Positions 13,681-25,472 of a DNA stretch of 64,000 bases are shown piece after piece. The notes below the pieces were generated by a model. It was not told where the DNA came from, did no database searches, and saw only the letters and a list, made by a program, of their open reading frames with translations. The first letter of the stretch is position 1, and each line of letters starts with the position of its first letter. Origin of the DNA: the human T2T-CHM13v2.0 reference genome, Homo sapiens; the NCBI RefSeq assembly GCF_009914755.1, contig NC_060939.1, one strand, 5' to 3'. A program made the position numbers and the translations under genes.

Positions 13681-16600
13681 TTCGGTTTTTATGTGACGAT
13701 ATCTCCTTTTCCACCATAGGCTTCAAAGCGCTTCAAATGTCCACTTGCAGATCCCAGAAAAAGAGATTTTCAAAACTGCTCAATGAAAAGAAAGGTTTAA
13801 CACTGTGAGATAAATGAAAACATCACAAGGAAGTTTCTCAGATTGCTTCTGTCTAGATTTTATGTGAAGATATTTCCTTTTCCACCATACGCCTCAAGGT
13901 GCTCGAAATGTCGACTTGCAGATATTTCAAAAAGAGGATTTCAAAACTGGTCATTCAAAAGAAACGTTCAACTCTGAGACATAAATGCATACATCACAAA
14001 GAAATTTCTCAGAATGCTTCTATCTGGTTTTCATGTGAAGATATTTCCTTTTCCACCATAGACTTCAAAGTGCTACAAATGTCCAATTACAGATTATACA
14101 AAAGGAGAGTTTCAAAACTGCTCAATCCAAAGAAATGTTTAATTATGTGAGATAAATGAACACATCATAAGGAAGTTTCTCAGATTGCTTCTGTCTAGAT
14201 TTTATGTGAAGTTATTTCCTTTTCTACCATAGGCCGCAAAGAGCTCCAATTCTCCACTTGCAAATTCTACAAAAAGACTGTTTCCAAACTGCTCAATCAA
14301 AAGAAAGGTTGAACTCTGTGAGATGAACGCACACATCGCCAAGAGCTTTGTCAGAATTCTTCTGTCTAGTTTTTATGTGAAGATATTACCTTTTCCAAAA
14401 TAGGCCTCAAAAAGCTCCAAATGTCCACTTGCAGATACTACAAAAAGAGAGTTTCAATACTGCTCTTTCAAAAAAAAAAGTTTTAACTCTGTGAGAAGAA
14501 GGAACACATCAGAAAGAAATTTCTCAGATTGCTTCTGTCTAGATTTTATGTGAAGATATTTCTTTCCTACCATTGGCCGCAAAGCACTCCAAATGTCCAC
14601 TTGCAGATTCTAAAAAAAGAGATTTTCAAAACTGCCCAATCAAAAGGAAGGTTCAACGCCATGAGTTGAACCCACTCATCACAAAAAAGTTTCTCAAAAT
14701 TCTTTTCTCTAGTTTTTATGTGAAGATATTTCCTTTTCCACCTTTGGCCTCAAAGCGCTCAAAATGTCCACTTGCAGATTTTACAAAAAGAGTTTCAAAA
14801 CTGCTCAATCAAAAGAAACGTTTATCTCTGGGAGATGAATGCACACATAACAAAGGGGTTCCTCAGATTGCTACTGTCTAGACTTTATGTGAAGATATTT
14901 CCTTTTCTACCATAGGCCGCAAAGAGCTCCAAATGTCCACTTGTAGATTCTACAAAAAGAGTGTTTCCAAACTGCTCAATCAAAAGAAACGTTTACCTCC
15001 ATGAGATGAACACAAAAATCACAAAGAAATTTCTCAGAAGTTTTCTGCCTATTTTTGATGTGAAGATATTTCCTTTTCCACCACATGCCTCAAGGATCTG
15101 GAAATGTCCAATTGGAGATTCTTCAAAAAGTGTATTTCAAAACTCATCCTTCAAAAGAAAGGTTCAACTCTGAGATATGAATGCATGCATCACAAAGAAG
15201 TTTCTCAGAATACTTCTATCTAGTTTTTCTGTGAAGATATTTCCTTTTCCACCGTAGGCCTCAAAGCGCTCCAAATGTCCACTTGCAGATTCTACAAAAA
15301 CAGAGTTTCAAACTGCTCAATCAAAAGAAAGTTTTAACTCTGTGTAGTGAATGCACAAATCACAATAAAAGTTTCTCAGATTGCTTCTGTCTAGATTTTA
15401 TGTGAAGATATTTCCTTTTGTACCAAAGGATGCAAAGCCCTTCAAATGTCCACTTGCAGATTCTACAAAAAGAGAGTTTTCAAACTGCTGAATCAAAAGA
15501 AATTTTTAACTCTGTGAGATAAACACAGACATCACAATGAAGTTTCTTATAATTCTTCTGTCTAGTTTTTATGTGAGGATATTTCCTTTTCCACCATAGG
15601 CCTCAAAGCGCTCAAAAAGTCCACTTGCAGATTCTACAAAAAGAGAATTTCAAGCTACTCAATCAAAAGAAAGTTTTAACTCTGTTAGATGAATGCACAC
15701 ATCAAAAATAAGTTTCTCAGATTGCTTCTGTCTAGATTTTATGTGAAGATACTTCCTTTTCTACCACAGCCCTCAAAGCGCTGCAAATGTCCACTTGTAG
15801 ATTCTACAAAAAGTGTTTCCAAACTCCTCAATCAAAAGAAAGGTTAAACTCTGTGAGATGAACGCACGTATCACAAAGAAATTTCTCAAAATTCTTCTGT
15901 GTAGTTTTTATGTGAAGACGTTTCCTATTCCACCATAGGCCTCAAAGCACTACAAATGTCCAACTGCAGGTTCTACAAAAAGAGAGTTTCAAAACTGTTT
16001 AATCAAAACAAAGTTTTAACTCTTTGATATGAATGCACACATCACAAAGAAATTTCTCAGATTGCTTCTGTTGAGATTTTATGCGATGGTATTTCATTTT
16101 CTAACATAGGACACAAAGCACTCCAAATATCTACTTGCAGATTTTACATAAACAGTGTTTCCAAACTGCTCATTCAAAATAAAGTTTCACCTTTGTGAGA
16201 TGAACGTACACATCACAATGAAGTTTCTCAGAAATCTTCAGTCTAGTTTTCATGTGAAGATATTTCCTTTTCCACCATTGTCCTCAAAGTGCTCCAAATG
16301 TCCACTATCAGATTCTACAAAAAGAGAGTTTCAAACTGTTCAATCACAGGAAAGGTTTAACACTGTGAGATGAATACACAAATCAAAAAGAAGTTTCTCA
16401 GATTGCTTCTCTCTAGATTTTATGTGAAGATATTTCTTTCACTACCATAGGCCGCAAAGCACTCCAAGTGTCCAATTGCAGATTCTACAAAAAGAGTGTT
16501 TAAAACTGCTCAATCAAAAGAAAGGTTCAACCCTGTGAGATGAATGCCCACCTCACAAAAAAGTTTCTCAGAATTCTTCTGTCTTGTTTTATGTGAAGAT

Positions 16601-16700
16601 ATTTCCTTTTCTACCGCAGGCCTCAAAGCTCCCAAAATGTCCACTTGTAGATTCTACAAAAGGAATATTTCAAAACTGCTCAATGGAAAAATCTCCAAAT
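13681..16700 (-). repeat. Alpha satellite layer 2, ~341-bp dimer
   Basis: GATTGCTTCTGTCTAGATTTT (or close variants) at 13841, 14183, 14527, 14866, 15379, 15720, 16060 and 16401; spacings 342/344/339/513/341/340/341. These alternate with monomers of the GAATTCTTCTGTCTAGTTTTT type. AAATGTCCAC replaces AAATATCCAC. Confidence 0.85.
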
Positions 16701-18671
16701 CTGTGAACATGCATGGACACATCACAAAGAATTTTCTCAGAATGCTTCTGTCTAGTTTTTATGTGAAGATATTTCTTTTTCCAAAACAGGCCTCAAATTT
16801 CTCCCAATATCCACTTGCAGATTCTCAAAAAGAATGTTTCAAAACTGCTCAATCATAAGAAAATTTTAACTCTGTCACGTGAATGCACACATGTCAAAGG
16901 AGTTGCTAAGAATGCTTCTGTCTAGTTTTTATGTGAAGATATTTTCTTTTCCACTTTAGGCAGTATAGCACTCCAAATATCCACTTGCAGATTCTACAAA
17001 AAGAGTGTTTCCAAACTGCTCAATCAAAAGAAAGGTTCGAGTCTGTGAGATGAGTGCACACATCATAAAGAAGATTCTCAGAATGATTCTGTCTAGTTTT
17101 TATGTGAAGATATTTCGTTTTCCACCATAGGCCTCAAAGTGCTCCAAATGACCAATTGCAGATTCTACAAATGAGTTTTTCAAAACTGCTCAATCAAAAG
17201 AAATGTTCAACTCTCTAAGATGAATTCACATATCACAAAGATTTTTCTCAGAATGATTCTGTCTAGTTTTTATGTGAAGATATTTCCTTTTCCACCATAG
17301 TCCACAAAGTGCTCCAAATGTCCTATTGCAGATTCTACAACAAGAGTGTTTCAAAACAGCTCAATCAAAAGTAAGGTTAAATTCGGTGAGATGAATGCAC
17401 ACATCACAAAGAAGCTTCTCAGAATGCTTCTGTCTAGCACTTAAGTGAAGATATTTTCTTTTCCACCATAGGACTCAAAACACTCCAAATATCCTCTTTC
17501 AAATTCTACAAAACGTGTTTCAAAACTGATCAATCAAAAGAAAGTTCCAACTCTGTCAGATGAATGCACACATCCCAAAGAAGTTTGTCAGAATGATTCT
17601 GTCTAGTTTTTATGTGAAAATATTTCCTTTTCCACCATAGCCCGCAAAGCGTTCCAAATGTCCACTTGCAGATTCTACAAAAAGAGTGTTTCAGAACTGC
17701 TCAATCGAAAGTAAGGTTCAAATCTTGGAGATGGATGTACACATCCAAAAGGAGTTGGTCAGAATGATTCTGTCTAGTTTTAAAGTGAAGATGTTTCCTT
17801 TTCCACACTAGGCCTCACAGTACTCAAAATGTCCACCTGCAGATTCTGCAAAAAGAGTTTTTCCAAACTGCTCAATCAAAAGAAAATTTCAACTCTGTGA
17901 GGTGAATGCACACATCACAAAGAAGTTTCTCAGAATGCTTCTGTTTAGTTTTTATGTGAAGATATTCCCTTTTCCATCGTAGGCCTGAAAACTCTCCAAA
18001 TATACACTTGCAGATTCTACAAAAAGAGTGTTTCAAAACTGCTCAATGAAAAGAAATGTTCAAATCTGTGAGATGAATTCACACATCACAAAGAAGTTTG
18101 TCAGAATGTTTCTGTATAGTTTTTATATGAAGATACTTCGTCTTCCACCATAGGCTTCAGAGCGTTCTGAATTTCCACATGCAGATTGTACAAAGCTTTT
18201 CAAAGCCGTTCAATCAAATGAAAGCTTCAAACCTGTGAAATGAATGCAGACATCACAAAGAAATTTGTCAGAATGCTTCTGTCTAGTTTTTGTGAAGATA
18301 TTTCCCTTTCCATCATATGCCTCAAAGCACTCCAAATGTCCACTTGCAGATAATACAAAAAGGGTGTCTCAAAACTGCTGAATCAAAAGAAAGGTTCAAC
18401 TCTTTGAGATGAATGCACATATCACAAAGAAGTTTGCAGAATGCTTCTGTCTAGTTTTCATGTGAAGATTTTTTTCAACATATGCCTCAAATCACTCCAA
18501 ATGTCCACTTGCAGATTCTACAAAAAGAGTGTTTCCAAACTGCTCAATAAAAAGAAAGGTTCAACTCTGTGAGAAGACAGCACACATCACAAAGAAGTTT
18601 CTCAGACTGCTTCTTTCTAGGTATTATGTAAAGATGTTTCCTTTTCCACCATAGGCCTCAAAGTGCTCCAA
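16701..18671 (-). repeat. Alpha satellite layer 3, monomeric (GAATG(A/C)TTCTGTCTAGTTTTT type)
   Basis: The GATTGC/AGATTTT alternation stops after 16401. Monomers at ~16740, 16910, 17080, 17250, 17590 and 17760 share GAATG(C/A)TTCTGTCTAGTTTTT, and several have AAGTTTGTCAG. Confidence 0.7.
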
Positions 18672-19258
18672 TCCACTCCACTGCATTCCATTCTGTCCCA
18701 TTCCATTCCACTCCATTCCACTCCACTTCACTCCACTGCACTCCATCCCACTCCATTCCATTCAATTACATTCCATTCCACTCCATTCCATTGCATTCAT
18801 TTCTTTTGACAGGATCTCACTCTGTAACCCAGGCTGCAGTGCAGTGGCACAAACTCAGCTCACATTACATTTCACCTTTCCATTCCATTCCATTGCATTC
18901 CATTCCTTTCCATTCTATTCCATTCCACTCCATTCCAAACCACCCCACTCGACTCCACTCCACTCCATTCCATTCCATCCCATTGCAGTCAACTCCACTC
19001 CACTCCACTCCTTTATTTGACAGTATCTCACCCTGTCAACCAGCCTGGAGTGAAGTGGCACAATCTCAGCTCACATTTCATTTCACCATTCCATTCCAAT
19101 CCATTCCACGCCATTCCATTCCATTCAATTCCATTCCACTACACTCCGCTCCATTCCACTCCACTCCATTCCAATCCATCACACTCCCTTTCACCACATT
19201 GCATTCCACTCCACTCCACTCCCTTCCATTCCATCCCATTGCATTAAACTCCACTCCA

Positions 19259-19333
19259 CTACACTACACTCCACTACACTACACTACACTACACTACACT
19301 ACACTACACTACACTACACTACACTACACTACA
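19259..19333 (+). repeat. (CTACA)n pentamer-variant run, ~15 units
   Basis: ACACTACACT... near-perfect run with one CCACT interruption. Confidence 0.92.
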
Positions 19334-20300
19334 TTCCCTCCCATTCCATTCCATTCCATTCCACACCACTCCATTCCATTACATTCCTTTCTTTTGACAG
19401 GATATCACTCCGTCACCCAGGCTGGAGTGAAATGGAGCAAACTCAGCTGACATTTCACTTCACCATTACATTGCATTGCATTCCATTCCATTCATTTCCA
19501 TTCCATAACATTCCACTGCACTCCACTTCAATCCACTCAACTCCATTCCAATCCATTTCATTCCATTCCATCCACAACATTCCACTCCATTCCACTCCAC
19601 TCCAGCCCAGTCCATTCCACTCCATTCCACTCCAATCAATCCCATCACATTCCACTCCATTCCTCTCCACTCCACTCCACTCCACTCCACTCCACTCCAC
19701 TCCATTCCATTCCATTCCACTCCATTCCATTCCATTCCTTTCTTTCGACAGGATCTCACTGTGTCACCCAGGCTGGAGTGCAGCGGCACTATCTCAGCTC
19801 ACATTTCATTTCAACATTCCATTCCATTCCATTCCATTCCATTCCACTCCACTCCATTCCATTCCATTCCATTCCGTTCCATTCCACTCCATTCCAGCCC
19901 ACCCTTCTACACTCCAATCCACTCCACTCCATTCCATTGAATCCCATTGTATTCCACTCCATTCCACTCCAATCCACTCTACTCCACTCCATTCCATTCC
20001 ATCCCATTCCATTCCACAGCATTCCACTCCACTCCACTTAACTCCACTCCAATCCACTCCATTCCATTCCATTCCATTCCATTCCGTTCCATTCTACTCC
20101 ATTCCTTTCCATTCCTTTTTTTTGACAGGATCTCACTCTGTCACCCAGGATGGAGTGCAGTAACACAATTTCAGTTCACATTTCATTTCACCATTCCATT
20201 CCATTCCATCCCATTCCATTCCATTCCATTGCATCCCATCCCATTCTATTAAACTCCACTCCACTCCACTCTACTCCACTCCATTCCATTCCATCCCATT

Positions 20301-20455
20301 CCATTAAACTCCCTTCCACTCCAGTCCACTCCACACCACTCCACTCCATTCCATTCAACTCCCATCCACTCCAGTCCACTCCACACCACTCCACTCCATT
20401 CCATTCAACTCCCATCCACTCCAGTCCACTCCACACCACTCCACTCCATTCCATT
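20301..20455 (+). repeat. 50-bp unit x3 tandem repeat within satellite
   Basis: CCATTCAACTCCCATCCACTCCAGTCCACTCCACACCACTCCACTCCATT at 20301 (2 mismatches), 20351 and 20401. Confidence 0.9.
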
Positions 20456-21164
20456 CCATCCCATTCCATCCTATTCCATTCCACTCCATTCCACTCCATT
20501 TCACTCCACTACCCTCCACTCCATTCAATTCCACTCCAAACTATTCCATTCCACTCCACTCCACTTCACGCCACTCCACTACTCTCCACTCTATTCCATT
20601 CCATTCCACTCCATTCAATTCCATTCGTTTTTTTCGAAAGAGTCTCACTCTGTCACTGAGGCTGGAGTACAGTGGCACAATCTCAGATCACATTTCATTT
20701 CACCATTCCATTGCATTCGATTCCATTCTGTTTAACTCCAATCCACCCCACTCCACTCCACTCCACGCCATTCCATTCCATTCCAGTCCAGTCCACTCCA
20801 ATCCACTAAATTCCATTCAATTCCATCCCATCCCATTCCACTCCATTCCATTCCTCTCCACTCCACTCCACTGCACTCCACTCCACACCACTCCTCTCCA
20901 TTCAGTTCCATTCCATTCCACTCCATTCCATTGCATTCCTTTCTTTCAACAGAATCTCACCTGCCACCCAGGCTGGAGTGGAGTGGCACAATCACAGCTC
21001 ACATTTAATTTCACCATTCCATTCCATTCCGTTCCATTCCATTCCATTGTATTCCAATGCACTCCACTCCATTCCATTCCACGCCATTCCATCCCATTCC
21101 ACTCCATTCCATTCCATTCCACTCCATTCCATTCCATTCCACTCCATTCCATTCCACTCCACTC

Positions 21165-21405
21165 CACTCCATTCCAATCCATCCCATTATATTCCACTCC
21201 ATTCCACATCACTCCACTCCACTCCAAACCATTACATTCCTTTCCATCCCATTCCATTCCACTCCATTCCACTCCACTCCACTCCAATCCACTCCATTCC
21301 AATCCATCCCATTATATTCCACTCCATTCCACATCACTCCACTCCACTCCAAACCATTACATTCCTTTCCATCCCATTCCATTCCACTCCATTCCACTCC
21401 ACTCC
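21165..21405 (+). repeat. 125-bp near-perfect tandem duplication
   Basis: AATCCATCCCATTATATTCCACTCCATTCCACATCACTCC...CAAACCATTACATTCCTTTCCATCCC at 21176 and 21301. Confidence 0.9.
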
Positions 21406-22167
21406 ATTCCACTCCATTCCACTCCATTCCATTCCACTACACTCCACTCCATTCAATTCCATTCCTTTCCATTCCACTTCATTCCATTCCATCACTTTCT
21501 TTTGACAGGGTCTCACTCTGTCACACAGGCTGGAGTACAGTGGCACAATCTGAGCTCACATTTCATTTCACCTTTCCATTCCATTACACTCCTTTCCATT
21601 CCAATCCACTCAACTCCACTCCACTCCATTCCATTCCATTCAACTCCACTCCAATCCTCTCCTCTCCTCTCCATTCCATCTTATTCCATTCCACTCCATT
21701 CCACTCCACTCCATTCCACTGCACTCCACTCCGATCCTTTCCATTGCATCACTTTACATTCCACTCCATTCCACTCCACTCCACTCCATTCCACAGCATT
21801 CCATTCCATTCAATTCTAATACAATCCAATACATTACTTTCCTATCTTTTGAAAGGATCTCACTCTGTCACCCAGGCTGGAGTGCAGTGGCACAATCTCA
21901 GCTCACATTTTATTTCACCATTCCATTCCATTTCGTTCCACTCTGTTCGATTCCGGTCTACTCCACTTCACTCCACTCCCTTCCGCTCCACTCCACTCCA
22001 CTCCAGTCCACTCCACATCATTACAGTTCATCCCATTCCATTCCCCTCCACTGCACTTCACTCCACTCCACTCCATTCCATTACATTCTGTCCCATTAGA
22101 TTCCACTCCATACCACACCACTCCACTCCACTCCATTCCATTCCATTCCATCCCATCATATTCCATT

Positions 22168-22380
22168 TCATCCCATCCCATCCCATCCCATCCCATCCCA
22201 TTCCATTCCATTCCATCCCATTCCATTCCATTCCATCCCATTCCATTCCATCCCATCCCATCCCATCCCATCCCATCCCATCCCATTCCATTCCATTCCA
22301 TTCCATTCCATCCCATTCCATTCCATTCCATTCAATTCCATTCCATTCCATTCCATTCCATTCCATTCCATTCCATTCCA
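22168..22380 (+). repeat. (CATCC)n/(CATTC)n tract lacking CACTC
   Basis: Runs of TCCCA at ~22170-22200 and 22250-22285, interleaved with pure TTCCA. Confidence 0.85.
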
Positions 22381-24979
22381 TTTCTTTTGATTCCACTCCA
22401 CTGCAATCCATTCCCTTCTTTTGATTGGATCTCCCTCTGTGACACAAGCAGGAGTGCAGTAGCAGAATCTCATCTAACATTTCATTTCACCATTCCATTC
22501 CACTCCATTCCACTCCAGTGCACTCCACTCAACTCCACTCCACTACACTACACTCCATTCCACTCCATTTCAATCCACTCCTTTCGATTCCATTCCTTTC
22601 TTTGAGAGGATCTCACTCTGTTACCCAGGCTGGAGTGCAGTGGCACAATTTCAGCTCATATTTCATTTCACGAGTCCATTCCATTCTATTCCATTCCATT
22701 CTATTCCATTCCATTCTACTCCACTCCAGTCCACTCTACTCCATTCCATTCCATTCCACTCCTCTCCACTCCACTGCAATACACTCCATTCTGTTCCATC
22801 CTATTCCATTCCACTCCACTCCACTCCATTCCATTCCATCCCATTCAATTCCACTCCATTCCACTCCACTTCACTCCACTCCATTCCACTCCATCCCATT
22901 CAGTTCCACTCTATTCCACTCCTCTCAACTCCACTCCACTCCACTCCATTCTGTTCCATTCCCTTCCATTCCATTCCTTTCTTTAGACAGGATCTCACTG
23001 TCACACACAGGTTGGAGTGCTGTGGCACAATCTCAGCTCACATTTCATTTCACCATCCTATTCCATTGCATTCCTTTGCATTCCTTTGCATTCCATTCCA
23101 TTCCATTCCATTCCATTCCATTCCAATGCATTCCATTCCATTCCATTCCATTCCATTCCATTCCAATGCATTCCATTCCATTCCATTCCATTCCACTCCA
23201 CTCCACTACACTCCACTCAACTCCACTCCACTAACCTCCACTCCATTCCATTCCAATCCATCCCATTCTATTCCACTCTATTCCCCTCCACTTCACTCCC
23301 CTCCACTCCACTGCACTTTACTCCAATCCAGTCCACTCCTGTCCACTCCACTCCACTCCATTGCACTCCATCCCATTCCATTCCATTCCACTCCACTCTA
23401 CTACACTACACTCCATTCCATTCCATTCCACTCCTTTCCACTCCTTTCCTTTCTTTTGACAGTATCTCACTCTCACACCCCGGCTGGAGTGACGTGGAAC
23501 AATCTCAGCTCACATTTCATTTCACCATTTTATTCCATTGCATTCCATTGCATTCTATTCCATTCCATTCCAATGCATTCCACTACACTCCATTCCACTC
23601 CACTCCACTACACGCGAGTCCATTCCATTCCTTTCCATTCCACTCCATTCCACTTCACTGCACTCCACTAGACTCCACTCCACTTCATTCCATTCCATTC
23701 CATTCTATTCCACTCCATTTCCCTCCACTCCACTCCACTGCACTCACTCCACTACATTCCATTCCTCTCCATTATTTTCCAATCCATTCCATTCCTTTCC
23801 TTTCTTATGACAGGATCTCACTCTGTCACCCAGGATGGAGTACAGTGTGACAGTCTCAGCTCACATTTCATTTCACCATAGCATTCCATTCCTTTCCGTT
23901 CCATTCCATTCCTTTAAATTCCGTTCCATTCCATTCCACTGCACTCCACTTCACTCCACTGCACTCTATTCCATTCCATCCCATTCCATTCCACTACATT
24001 CCACGCCACTCCAATCCACTCCTTTCCATTCCATCCCATTCCATTCCACTCCATTCCACTTCAGTCCACTCCACTCCACTCCACTCCTGTCCACTCCATT
24101 CCATTCCACTCCCTCCCATTCCACTCACGCGAATCCACTCCACTTCAATCCATTCCTTTCCATTCCATTCCTTTCTTTCGACAGGATCTCACTCTGTCAC
24201 CCAGGATGGAGTACAGTGGCACAATCTCAGTTCACATTTCATTTCACCATTCCATTGAATTCCATTACATTGCATTCCTTTCCATTCCATTCCATTCCAT
24301 TCCACTCCACTCCACTCTTCTGCATTCCATTCCATTCCATTCCATTCCATTCCCTTGCATTCCATTCCACTTCACACCACAATATCCATTCCACTCTATT
24401 CCATTCCACTCCACTCCACTCCATTCCAATCCACGCCATTCCACTTCATGTCTTTCCATCCCATTATATTCCACTCCATTCCACTCCACTCCACTTCACT
24501 CCATTCCATTCCATTCCACTCTACTCCATTCCATTCCATTCCCTTCTTTTGACAGGATCTCACTCTGTCACCCAGGCTGGAGTGCAGCAACACCATTTCA
24601 GTTCACATTTCATTTCACCATTCCATTCCATTCCATTCCATTCCATTCCATCCTATTCCACTCCACTTAACTCCACTCCATTTCATTCCATTCCATCCCA
24701 TTCCATTCAACTCCCTTCCACTCCAGTCCACTCCACACCACTCCACTCCATTCCATTCAACTCCCTTCCACTTCAGTCCAATCCAAACCACTACACTCCA
24801 TTCCATTCCATCCCATTCCATTGCACTCCATTCCATTCCACTACATTTCATTCCATTCCATTACACTCCATTCTGTTCTATTCCTTTCTTTCTGTAGGAT
24901 CTCACCCTGTCTCCCAGGCTGGAGTGCAGTGGCACAATCTCAGCTCACATTTCATTTCACCAATCCATTCCACTGTATT

Positions 24980-25472
24980 CCATTCCATTCCATTCCATTC
25001 CATTCCATTCCATTCCATTCCACTCCATTCCATTCCACTCCACTCCATTCCATTCCATTCCATTCCATTCCACTCCATTCCACTCCATTCCACTCCATTC
25101 CATTCCATTCCATTCCACTCCATTCCATTCCATTCCACTCCACTCCATTCCATTCCACTCCACTCCGCTCCATTCCATTCCACTCCATTCCACTCCATTC
25201 CATTCCACTCCATTCCATTCCACTCCATTCCACTCCATTCCACTCCACTCCATTCCATTCCATTCCACTCCATTCCATTCCATTCCACTCCACTCCATTC
25301 CATTCCACTCCACTCCACTCCATTCCATTCCACTCCACTCCACTCCATTCCATTCCACTCCATTCCACTCCATTCCATTCCACTCCATTCCATTCCACTC
25401 CATTCCATTCCACTCCATTCCATTCCACTCCATTCCATTCCACTCCATTCCATTCCATTCCATTCCATTCCA
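24980..25472 (+). repeat. Near-pure CATTC/CACTC tract (~100 pentamers)
   Basis: Only CATTC and CACTC apart from one CGCTC. There is a 15-bp CACTCCATTCCATTC periodicity at ~25350-25460. Confidence 0.9.

Larger units (their letters stand above)
1..18671 (-). repeat. Alpha satellite (ALR) array, ~109 divergent 171-bp monomers, no CENP-B boxes seen (inactive pericentromeric type)
   Basis: Recurring ~171-bp unit GAATGCACACATCACAAAGAAGTTTCTCAGAATGCTTCTGT(G/C)TAGTTTTTATGTGAAGATATTTCCTTTTCCACCATAGGCCTCAAAGCGCTCCAAAT(A/G)TCCACTTGCAGATTCTACAAAAAGAGTGTTTCAAAACTGCTCAATCAAAAGAAAGGTTCAACTCTGTGAG is the reverse complement of the alphoid consensus. The box position reads TTCCTTTTCCACCATAG (A-type/pJalpha), not TCCCGTTTCCAACGAA. 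Monomers are visibly divergent from each other. Confidence 0.98.
18804..24948 (-). mobile_element. 17 tandemly amplified ~60-bp Alu right-arm 3'-end fragments, proximal variant, embedded in satellite
   Basis: Consensus TTCTTTTGACAGGATCTCACTCTGTCACCCAGGCTGGAGTGCAGTGGCACAATCTCAGCTCAC matches the antisense Alu end TTTTGAGAC(AGG/GGA)GTCTCGCTCTGTCGCCCAGGCTGGAGTGCAGTGGCGCGATCTCGGCTCAC. Starts at about 18804, 19014, 19392, 19743, 20116, 20628, 20941, 21500, 21847, 22418, 22597, 22982, 23453, 23804, 24175, 24547 and 24888. Confidence 0.93.

Noticed and set aside
116-16858. Short ORFs such as KRKYLHIKTTQKHSEKLLCDVC
   Set aside because: Standard alpha-satellite translation artefacts recurring every 171 bp.
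1-18671. Active centromeric HOR with CENP-B boxes
   Set aside because: No TTCGTTGGAA/TTCCAACGAA box was seen, monomers are divergent, and there is no homogeneous HOR period.
18790-18880. Target-site duplication around the founder Alu fragment (CATTC(C/A)TTTC before, CATTTCATTTC after)
   Set aside because: The similarity is indistinguishable from the background pentamer sequence, so it cannot be supported.
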